Positions 1 through 7,152 of a DNA stretch of 10,537 bases are shown here, one piece after another. The stretch is from Silvanigrellaceae bacterium. Lineage in GTDB: Bacteria > Bdellovibrionota_B > Oligoflexia > Silvanigrellales > Silvanigrellaceae. Every line of letters begins with the position of its first letter. Within the stretch, counting starts at the first letter, position 1. The notes below the pieces were generated by a model. The model saw nothing but the letters and a program-made list of their open reading frames with translations. It was not told the origin of the DNA and made no database searches. The translations under genes were made by a program, and so were the position numbers. The stretch spans positions 1-10,537 of the forward strand of contig JBMSQQ010000107.1 in assembly GCA_049423385.1 (NCBI GenBank), in the 5' to 3' direction.

Positions 1-187
1 AGGTGGCTTTTTCGGAAGGATTCAACGCGCAATGGGCCTAATTCGGCCTAGACCCGAAGAGCGCCATCGCCGGAGTCGAGAATCCTATCCGCGAACAGGG
101 TGTCCCAACTGCAGCTGAAAATTTCGAGTCGATCAGATAAATTGTCAATCCCTCGATGGCGATTGAGCCCGTGACGACATTCTAACA

Positions 188-213
188 ATGCCGATCTGAT
201 CGGGCGTCTTTTT
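188..213 (+). terminator. Possible intrinsic terminator for a gene entering from the left edge
   Basis: ATGCCGAT-CTG-ATCGG(G)CGT hairpin (about 8 bp with one bulge) followed by CTTTTT. Confidence 0.3.
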
Positions 214-375
214 CAAGGACTTCGGGCAAAACAACTTGTCTGATGTTCATAATTTTGTCGATTTTTAGAAGAAAAACACCAACAGCAGTGCGCTCCGCAT
301 TCCATCATCATGTAAAATAAGGCGACACCAATCAAACACTGCTTATGGATTTTGACAAAACCCGGGAGAACGAAC

Positions 376-2238
376 GTGAATCCTCCGATGCTTCGATTGT
401 ATCCGCTGTTGATGGCGATCGCGAGTCTTTCAACACTGACAGCATGCTTGAAGCCAAAAACAACCAACGATTCACAAATATCCGGCAACGCTACCGGAAG
501 ACCCGTTGCCATCGTTCAATGTTCCATTCCGCAAGGAAATGGTGGCAATTGGGCGGCAACTCTTGGCTGGATTTCAGAGCAGATGATGGTCAGGGCAGAG
601 CAGGCAGATCAAATCGCAAAGAGCGGAAAATCGGTTGGAGTCTTTCTTGGTTGCATGCTGGGGGGAAGCTCGGGATCGGTCGTCACCAACGTCGTGATGC
701 GATTGCTGAACAACAACAACCTGGTCGCTGGTGCACGTCCGGACAAGTTGTTTTCGGTAGATGAAACCCGCACGATGGCCCGTGCAGTTCGCTACGTGGC
801 AATGGCTGCAGATTTGAATCTTCGTGAGCTTGCTGTCTTCTTTGCCCAGGTGGCTGGAAACAACGTCGTGACTCTCACCAACAAATCAACAATTGTGGAC
901 AGAATAAAAACCTTGTTTGGACAAACTGAGCCCAAATGGTGGAATGGTCAACAGGTTGATGGAAACTTGATGCTCATCGACTTTGCGACACTGATGCATC
1001 TCGCTCAACATCTGACAGCTGAGATGATCAATGAGCCGGTCGAAAAATTTCTCGAAGGTGAAATACTGAAGCTGGCAAAATCAAAAAGCATCTTGAAGGT
1101 GACGGATTTTGCTCTTTTCAACGATTTGAAAAAGATGTCTGCCTCAAATCCGGAAGCAAACAGCCTCGACAGGATTCTCGAAAAACAGTCGAACCTGATT
1201 GGCAAAACTGCAGACGACTTCGTCGCAAAGCACTTTGCACTTGGGCAGTACAAAGCTCGCTATGTGACAAATGTGTTTCGCGGTGGAAAGCAGGATTATC
1301 CGCTTACAGTCACGCTCAATCAGCCCCTGGCAGATGGCTTCTGCACCATCACAATGGCCGCACTCGGGTTGAGTCCCAACGAACTGACACTGGAGCGCGC
1401 ACCCGACTACAAGACCCTGCGACCCGTTGTTTTTTGCTCAGGCACCATGGTGAGGACGTTGCTGAAGTCCAGCCTGTACCGAAGACATCTTCGTGAAGCA
1501 AACCCACACGCCAGCCGCTATGTTCTCGCCACTGTGCGTGCATCCCGTGGCTCCATCAGCCCCAGCATTCGTGAGCCCGGAATGATGAGCGAATTGATTG
1601 GCAATGCCGATGAGGGGGTGCTGGAAGTCGAGGAGTTGTATGCCCCGGACATGGACAAAAAGATGAACGGTGAATTGACGTTCCAACCAATGAGCATTGT
1701 CGATCTGACCAAAAGGGGCAACGGTGTGAAACCAAAACTGGGTATCGCCGGTGGATTTCCGGATCGTCGCATCAGCGCATGGATGATGTCATACTTTTTC
1801 ATCGACAAGATGGATGAATTGAAACGCAATGGATACGACATCATTGGCCGCATTGGATTGTTTGGAAAGCCGGACAACCGCGCTGCAGACAAATTCGATA
1901 CTTCATCGATCAGGAATATTTTCTCCGCGAATCCCCAGGCGGGCGAGGCAAACATCAAGGACTGGTATTCCTTTCAGGATGCCTATTGCAACGTCTTCGA
2001 GAGCTACTTCGCAGCAAATGGAGGCAGGGTGACGACCGTGGCATTCAATTGGGATCTCACAAAACTTCCTGCTGCGCAGAGTGGAGCAAGCCGGCTGATT
2101 CTCGTCAAGGGAGCCAACGCTGCGAGAAGCCAGTTGGGACTTTACGAGTCGAAGGTGTTTTCGGGCTTTGTGTTTGATCCAAACGCGGATTCCGACCATG
2201 TTCCACAATTGAACCATGGATATCCTTGCAAGCCATAA
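376..2238 (+). CDS. Lipoprotein with divergent patatin-like (phospholipase) motifs, about 620 aa
   Basis: Long ORF (track 352..2238). GTG at 376 lies 7 nt after GGAG (365-368); ATG 388 is an alternative start. A hydrophobic signal ends in lipobox LTA|C. Motifs in patatin order: GNGG (535-546), GxSxG = GGSSG (661-675), PVVFCSG (1423-1443), SIREPG (1564-1581), AGGFPD (1747-1764). The CDS is secure; the family call is moderate. Confidence 0.75.
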   Translation: MNPPMLRLYPLLMAIASLSTLTACLKPKTTNDSQISGNATGRPVAIVQCSIPQGNGGNWAATLGWISEQMMVRAEQADQIAKSGKSVGVFLGCMLGGSSGSVVTNVVMRLLNNNNLVAGARPDKLFSVDETRTMARAVRYVAMAADLNLRELAVFFAQVAGNNVVTLTNKSTIVDRIKTLFGQTEPKWWNGQQVDGNLMLIDFATLMHLAQHLTAEMINEPVEKFLEGEILKLAKSKSILKVTDFALFNDLKKMSASNPEANSLDRILEKQSNLIGKTADDFVAKHFALGQYKARYVTNVFRGGKQDYPLTVTLNQPLADGFCTITMAALGLSPNELTLERAPDYKTLRPVVFCSGTMVRTLLKSSLYRRHLREANPHASRYVLATVRASRGSISPSIREPGMMSELIGNADEGVLEVEELYAPDMDKKMNGELTFQPMSIVDLTKRGNGVKPKLGIAGGFPDRRISAWMMSYFFIDKMDELKRNGYDIIGRIGLFGKPDNRAADKFDTSSIRNIFSANPQAGEANIKDWYSFQDAYCNVFESYFAANGGRVTTVAFNWDLTKLPAAQSGASRLILVKGANAARSQLGLYESKVFSGFVFDPNADSDHVPQLNHGYPCKP

Positions 2239-2292
2239 GACCAGGGATAAAATGGTTTGCGAGTCGAATGGATTCCAATTTGCAAGCACGGG

Positions 2293-3666
2293 ATGATTGT
2301 GGATATTCAACTGAGACCATTCATTGTCTTTGCGTATTTTTCGGCTGCCCTCACAGGCTGCATATCGTCGAAGTCGTCGACAGTCGAATCGGGCAGTCGC
2401 GATTCAAAGGTCAACATTTCTCCTGAACGCTACCTGGAACAGTTTGAAGCCACTGAATTCGCCAAGTGTATCGACGAAGACGGAAAGGCCACCGGAAGCA
2501 TTGTCTCGATTTGGCGGATCAAGAATCTCACGGGCGATAACATCACACCATTTATTCAAGGATTTGCTGGAAAATTCAGGACCCTCAAAGGCACTCTCCT
2601 GGAGTTTCAGAGTTTGGTGACCCAGGAAGAAAAGCGATTTGCCCTGCCACTGTTGATGAAGCCGGAGCTCTTCCCTCGCGGCTCGTACAGTGCCTACAAA
2701 ATGCGCTTTCTTGAAGATGACATTCGACACGGAATTTCCATTCTCAACAAAGATGGAAAGAATTCCGCCCGCAATGATTTTACGACTGCCACGCTTTACA
2801 TACCGAGATTTGCGCTGGGCGGAGAATTTGCCACCCGCTACTACCTCAGGATCGATGACGATCAATCACACGAGATGAGTTGCCAGGCGGTCACTGAAGC
2901 CACAAGAGCGAGGCTCTCAACAGTCGCTGCAAAAGATGGACTTCATGGTTTCACAGGGGTGAGAGGGAAAAAGGTCGATATTTTTCTCAACCTGCACAAG
3001 CGAGACAAAGAGCAGCTCAAGTTCACGGTGGGCACGGGCGCAGGTGACACCTCGGCGACAAATTCTCCTTCCCTGCAACTGGTCAAGGCCAGCGACAAAG
3101 ACCTGCGGCCCACGGGAAGACCTAAAATTTACGATAAAATTTATGAGCACACGCGCATCTTTGAATGCAAGAAGGAAGGCGCGGTGGACGCAATTTGGCG
3201 CGTGGCCGACGACAATGGAAAAAAACTTTCGATGGAGGCTCGCTACATCACTGGATTTGCTGGCGAGCTGCATGACAAGATGACCGGCAACAAATTCAGC
3301 TTCAATGCAGTCTCTGTTGACCCTGCTCCAGCTTTTTACTCGGGTACGATGCCGCCGAATGCGCATTTTTTCTTTCCATCCATCGAATTTGATGATGACG
3401 ATTTCAAGCAAAGAATCGCGACACACTCTGCGCTTCCAAACCTCCCTGCAACCTTCAAGTCGGGCGGCGGCACGGTCTTCATCCCGCGGGATGGTTCAGG
3501 CCGTGCAGTTTCTGTTTCACTGTCCATGGGCAAATCATTGCGTGGAGATCCTTTCCAGGCCACTGCCCAGTGCCTGCCGGTGATCGATAAGGTTTCGTCC
3601 TGGATTGAGCATTGCCTTGGACAAGAGAACAGAAAAACAGCGGGTGTTGCCTGTAAACCAAAATGA
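2293..3666 (+). CDS. Hypothetical lipoprotein with two tandem homologous ~150-aa domains, about 457 aa
   Basis: Long ORF (track 2257..3666). ATG 2293 or GTG 2299 precedes signal FIVFAYFSAALTG|C (lipobox) and a Ser-rich linker. An internal duplication is visible. The stop overlaps the next start (ATGA 3663-3666). Confidence 0.8.
   Translation: MIVDIQLRPFIVFAYFSAALTGCISSKSSTVESGSRDSKVNISPERYLEQFEATEFAKCIDEDGKATGSIVSIWRIKNLTGDNITPFIQGFAGKFRTLKGTLLEFQSLVTQEEKRFALPLLMKPELFPRGSYSAYKMRFLEDDIRHGISILNKDGKNSARNDFTTATLYIPRFALGGEFATRYYLRIDDDQSHEMSCQAVTEATRARLSTVAAKDGLHGFTGVRGKKVDIFLNLHKRDKEQLKFTVGTGAGDTSATNSPSLQLVKASDKDLRPTGRPKIYDKIYEHTRIFECKKEGAVDAIWRVADDNGKKLSMEARYITGFAGELHDKMTGNKFSFNAVSVDPAPAFYSGTMPPNAHFFFPSIEFDDDDFKQRIATHSALPNLPATFKSGGGTVFIPRDGSGRAVSVSLSMGKSLRGDPFQATAQCLPVIDKVSSWIEHCLGQENRKTAGVACKPK
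2443..3582 (+). repeat. Protein-level tandem domain duplication (copy 1 ~2443-2892, copy 2 ~3142-3582)
   Basis: Ordered shared motifs: FEATEFAKC/YEHTRIFEC, IWRI/IWRV, FIQGFAG/YITGFAG, FLEDD/FDDDD, TLYIPR/TVFIPR, CQAV/CLPV. Confidence 0.8.
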
Positions 3667-4610
3667 AATTGAGGACGTTGGGAATGAAATTGCACTGTTT
3701 GAATATCAAACTGGGAATCGTCCTTGCAGCTGGATTTGTATCCACACCGGCGATGGCATGGGTCAAGTTGAGTGAGTGGAAAAAGCCCAAAGTCTTTGGA
3801 CTTTCACCCAGCGCGGATACAGCATCCATCAACAGCACAATGCAAAATGCTGGCTCAGGAGAAAATTCAATCTCGATGAACAAAACCAGCTCCTCGGTGC
3901 TGGCCCTCTACCCCATGCTCGACAACCTTGTTGCAGGGTTCAATTTTGGTGGAAGTGTTGGAGAGATTAAAAGCATTCCAACCCCAGCAGGCAACCGTGG
4001 CATGAAGACGAGCGGAAGCTGGCTGGAATTGGCTGCACTCTATGCATTCAATGACAACATCTCTGTCTACTTTTCCCCAGGCATGAGCTCAAAGAGATCA
4101 TCCGCGGAGGGCAAGGAGACGCGAGAGAATTTTGCAAGTCTGACCACCTACGGAGTTTATGCCATTGATGACAATGTTGGCCTGGGTCTCGGCTTGAGTG
4201 CGCGAAGGAATACGCGGAGCCAGACGGTAATTCCGCTCGTGGGTGGCGCATGGCAGGCATCGCCTGATGTCAGGATTGACGGTTGGCTGCCAGCCAACGT
4301 TCATGCCCGCTGGAAACTGGGCGAAGGGCAGGCCGTTTTTGCAAGACTCGAACTCGCAGGAGAATCGGCCTTGAGTGAAGGCATAATCACCGACAGCAAG
4401 ACCGAAGTTCAACTGCTTGGTGGTCAATTCCTGATCGGTTATTCGATTGGTACCTTGATTGGATTTGGAACAGGGGCGGTGCGAATCGACCCTTCGATTG
4501 GCTTTTACAAGGGACAGCTGTCCCAAACAAATGTTTCATCCGGATCAAAAAGCGAGAAGTCGACAGGTTTGAATCCGCTGGCCGACGTCAGGATTGCTGT
4601 CGCATTTTGA
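3663..4610 (+). CDS. Outer-membrane beta-barrel protein (possibly DUF6268-like), 315 aa
   Basis: Sec signal ending PAMA|W. Many alternating amphipathic segments (WLELAALYAF, ISVYFSPG, VGLGLGLSAR, AVFARLELAG). C-terminus ADVRIAVAF ends in Phe, typical of BAM substrates. ATGA coupling to the upstream gene. The DUF6268 resemblance (IPLVGGAW...WLP) is from memory only. Confidence 0.75.
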   Translation: MKLRTLGMKLHCLNIKLGIVLAAGFVSTPAMAWVKLSEWKKPKVFGLSPSADTASINSTMQNAGSGENSISMNKTSSSVLALYPMLDNLVAGFNFGGSVGEIKSIPTPAGNRGMKTSGSWLELAALYAFNDNISVYFSPGMSSKRSSAEGKETRENFASLTTYGVYAIDDNVGLGLGLSARRNTRSQTVIPLVGGAWQASPDVRIDGWLPANVHARWKLGEGQAVFARLELAGESALSEGIITDSKTEVQLLGGQFLIGYSIGTLIGFGTGAVRIDPSIGFYKGQLSQTNVSSGSKSEKSTGLNPLADVRIAVAF

Positions 4611-4639
4611 AAAAATTGGTCGGACATTTCGCTCAGTGC

Positions 4640-5764
4640 TCAAAACTCAAGACAGCCCTGCACAACAAGAGTTTGTTGCTGATCGGCCAAATCGAAATAG
4701 GTCTTTTCCCAGTAATCAACGTCTTCAAAAAATGAAAAGGTTTGCCGAAAGAATGGATCGTTCCAGCGTCCGGCAATCCAGCCGATATAATGGATCATCT
4801 TCAGTGTTCGAAGCGGTTCCACAAATATTTCCCAATCGGCTGGAAGCGCCCGGAAATCGCGATAACCCTCGGTGAGCATTCCAAGCGCATAAGCAGAAGG
4901 TGTGACATCTTCCAGATGATCCGGAACCACACAGCCACAGGTCGATGCCAGTGGCCACAGGTCCTGCATGGCGAGTCCATACTGACAGTCATCAAAATCA
5001 ACAAACCAGAATTGTCCGCCTTCGGTCATTTGCACGAGATTCAACCGGTGCAGGTCGCCGTGAACGGGAATGAAAGCGTCTGCTTCCGGCAACCATTCGA
5101 GGCCTCTTCCGATGTTTTCAATCACCTGAAAAATACCCTGCTGAAATTGTCGCGGAACCTTGTTCCACTCCATCAGGTTTTTAAGCGGCGTGTGGACGTA
5201 CATGTCGAGGCTGAAGCGAGGTCGAACAAATTTCTCGGAATCCACATGCCGCTCAAAGAGATTGTGCATGCGCGCAATGGTGCGGCCAATCCCGATGAGG
5301 TCCTTCTCTTCAAGTTCCAATGGAACCCGTCCATAGATTTTTTTCCAGATGGCAAAAGAGAAATCCCCGGCACGACCCAAGGTGGGTGTGGTTGGAAAGC
5401 CCGACGGCAATTCACCCTTGAGCCTTTGCCGCAATGTGCCTGCCTCGGGATGAACAAACGAACTTTCAACAATCGGAATCAAGGCAGGAGTCTCAATATT
5501 CTCCTCGGCAAGCAACCTGAGGAGCGCGTGTTCGCTGACGAGCATTGCAGGCGTCCAACGCTGTGGCCTGTAGAATTTGATGATGATTTGACCGACGCCA
5601 CGCGGTTGTGACGAGTCCTCGACCTCAACGGCATAGACCCTGTTTTCCATGCTGTTGAGCTGTTGAAAGCGTCCAGTGGAACGAAGACCACTGGATTCGG
5701 CTGCCGCCAAAATCAAATCGGCGTCAAGCTTGGAAAAGTGGTCTGGCGAGTCGGAAGGTTTCAC
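4640..5764 (-). CDS. srkA: Ser/Thr protein kinase, SrkA/RdoA (YihE) family, APH-like fold, about 374 aa
   Basis: Family motifs LNSMENRVY, IKFYRPQRW, HGDLHxxN (catalytic), VDFDD (metal binding), QDLW, EPLRTLKMIHYIGWIAGRWNDPFF. Start placed at GTG 5764, which forms a GTGA overlap with the upstream stop (5761-5763); ATG 5797 is the alternative. Confidence 0.9.
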   Translation of the reverse strand: MKPSDSPDHFSKLDADLILAAAESSGLRSTGRFQQLNSMENRVYAVEVEDSSQPRGVGQIIIKFYRPQRWTPAMLVSEHALLRLLAEENIETPALIPIVESSFVHPEAGTLRQRLKGELPSGFPTTPTLGRAGDFSFAIWKKIYGRVPLELEEKDLIGIGRTIARMHNLFERHVDSEKFVRPRFSLDMYVHTPLKNLMEWNKVPRQFQQGIFQVIENIGRGLEWLPEADAFIPVHGDLHRLNLVQMTEGGQFWFVDFDDCQYGLAMQDLWPLASTCGCVVPDHLEDVTPSAYALGMLTEGYRDFRALPADWEIFVEPLRTLKMIHYIGWIAGRWNDPFFRQTFSFFEDVDYWEKTYFDLADQQQTLVVQGCLEF

Positions 5765-6996
5765 GGAGCGGTGCAGTTGTAGGGAGGTGGTGCACATTCG
5801 GCCGGCAGATAACTTTCAGGATTCGGCGTTCCTGATGCGAGCCCGGCACAGTACATGTTTTTGCAGGTTGTTTGCTTTTGTTCAGGATTGTCACCAATTT
5901 TATTGAAATAATCCGTTGCCTTCGTCTTTGCGTCGCTCAGGGCCTGTTGCGTTTTGGCAGCAGATGCACCACCCGTTCCCGAGCCCGCCGCAGTTTGTCC
6001 GACATTCACGAACTTGCCCAATCCGTCGAGCGCAGCATCGAGAGTGGAGTCGATGGACGAAAGGGAAGCTTTGGTCTCGGCTGGCAGATTCAAGCCAACA
6101 ATCACTGCGGAGATCACCCGGGCCTGGGCAAGAGTGTAGTTTACGATGCCTGTAGGCGACGTCACACTCGACACCAAATTGTTGAGACCCGTCAGCGCCG
6201 CGTTCAACCTTGTCAGATTGCTTGCAGCTTGAGTCGCATCAGTTGCCGATCCCAAGGAACTGATCTCGGTTTGATATGACTGTGCCTGCGTCTGGGCTTT
6301 GGGAGTCTTGCCATCGGCTTCTGTGGGTACAAAAATCGGGAACAAGGTCGCAACCTGGATGAGCGCAGTCATCATGCCAGCGAGCAGAACATCGGAATTT
6401 GAAGTCGAGATTCCGTCTTTGCAGGCAGCAACATTCAAAGCTTCCTTGATGGCGGCTGTCTGGGCCTTGAGCTTGTTGATCGTTTCCACCGGAAACAATG
6501 GACAAATGGTTTCAAAAGCCTTTTGAAGCGCAGCAAATTCGTCAAAGCTGGATCGCAGGCTGTTGATGTTGGTCAACAGGTTCTGACTCTCCTTTGCCTT
6601 GATCGCATCGGATTTTTCCTTGGAGAGTCCGGCTCCGCTGGTCAGGGCTGTGATGTTGCTCCCCGATGTGCTTCCCGAAGTTGACTTGGACTTGATGACA
6701 TCGAACACCGAGATGTTGGATTTTCCGAGATAGGAGTACGCAAGTCGAACACGACCATTGATGTTGCTCGGGTCCTTTTCAACAAGCTTTTCGAGCAGCT
6801 CGACAGCCTTTGAGTAATCCCCTGCATCATATGCGGCCTGTGCCTCGATCGTCAGCCGAGATGGAGTTTCCTTGCGATCGGGGCTCGACAAAAATCCGCA
6901 GGCCGTGATGAACAACAGCGGACCGGCAAATGCCACACACTTGATTTTTGATTTCAAGGAAAGTGATTTTTTGCAGGAATCCAATTTCGAAATCAT
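5761..6996 (-). CDS. Hypothetical lipoprotein with N-terminal TPR-like helices, helical Ala/Ser/Thr-rich body and Cys-rich C-terminus, 411 aa
   Basis: GGAGG 8 nt before ATG. Lys-rich N-region plus hydrophobic stretch and lipobox ITA|C. TPR-like AQAAYDAGDYSKAVELLEKLVEKDPSNINGRVRLAYSYL. Tail TCKNMYC...EC...NCTAP. Confidence 0.8.
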   Translation of the reverse strand: MISKLDSCKKSLSLKSKIKCVAFAGPLLFITACGFLSSPDRKETPSRLTIEAQAAYDAGDYSKAVELLEKLVEKDPSNINGRVRLAYSYLGKSNISVFDVIKSKSTSGSTSGSNITALTSGAGLSKEKSDAIKAKESQNLLTNINSLRSSFDEFAALQKAFETICPLFPVETINKLKAQTAAIKEALNVAACKDGISTSNSDVLLAGMMTALIQVATLFPIFVPTEADGKTPKAQTQAQSYQTEISSLGSATDATQAASNLTRLNAALTGLNNLVSSVTSPTGIVNYTLAQARVISAVIVGLNLPAETKASLSSIDSTLDAALDGLGKFVNVGQTAAGSGTGGASAAKTQQALSDAKTKATDYFNKIGDNPEQKQTTCKNMYCAGLASGTPNPESYLPAECAPPPYNCTAP

Positions 6997-7004
6997 CGGG
7001 CGGC

Positions 7005-7009
7005 CCTCC
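7005..7009 (-). promoter_or_regulatory. Shine-Dalgarno site of the TPR lipoprotein gene
   Basis: GGAGG on the minus strand, 8 nt upstream of ATG 6996. Confidence 0.75.
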
Positions 7010-7041
7010 GGTTATTGCTCAGCAGGCAGACTTGCACAACC

Positions 7042-7069
7042 ATGTTAACGGAGTGTGGCCCGGGCTCAA
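7042..7069 (-). promoter_or_regulatory. Candidate sigma70-like promoter for the lipoprotein-srkA pair
   Basis: TTGAGC-N16-TAACAT on the minus strand in the 156-bp fusA/lipoprotein spacer. Confidence 0.3.
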
Positions 7070-7076
7070 TGCAACA

Positions 7077-7110
7077 AATTTGCCGCCCAATAGTGGGGCA
7101 GAAGCAAATT
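7077..7110 (-). terminator. Imperfect inverted repeat after fusA, possible weak terminator
   Basis: Outer arms AATTTGC/GCAAATT with an inner GCCC/GGGC stem. Only a poor U-tract (TTTGTT) follows. Confidence 0.3.
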
Positions 7111-7152
7111 GAACCCCATTTCATCGGCTTTTTCGAACATCCCTGTCGAGCC

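Noticed and set aside
1..140. 3' end of an upstream gene: frame +3 looks coding (VAFSEGFNAQWA*FGLDPKSAIAGVENPIREQG...IR*) with one internal TAA at 39-41; frame +2 is open to 118
   Set aside because: Too short to decide between a true stop at 41, a premature stop, frame +2, or a divergent gene start. Needs upstream sequence.
143..148. Perfect TTGACA on the minus strand
   Set aside because: No acceptable -10 at 16-18 nt (GAAATT at 17).
162..171. 10-bp inverted match to 7061-7070 (CGGGCTCAAT), possible element ends
   Set aside because: The match does not extend, 10-mer matches are expected by chance in 10 kb, and no transposase or integrase is present.
248..318. -10-like hexamers CATAAT (248-253) and TAAAAT (313-318) upstream of the plus-strand cluster
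   Set aside because: No matching -35 or extended -10 TG, so a specific promoter cannot be called.
4611..4639. Expected bidirectional terminator between the convergent barrel and kinase genes
   Set aside because: The 29-bp gap has no convincing hairpin.
4742..5611. 289-aa plus-strand ORF
   Set aside because: Entirely antisense to the well-supported srkA gene, TTG start, no recognisable motifs. Shadow ORF.
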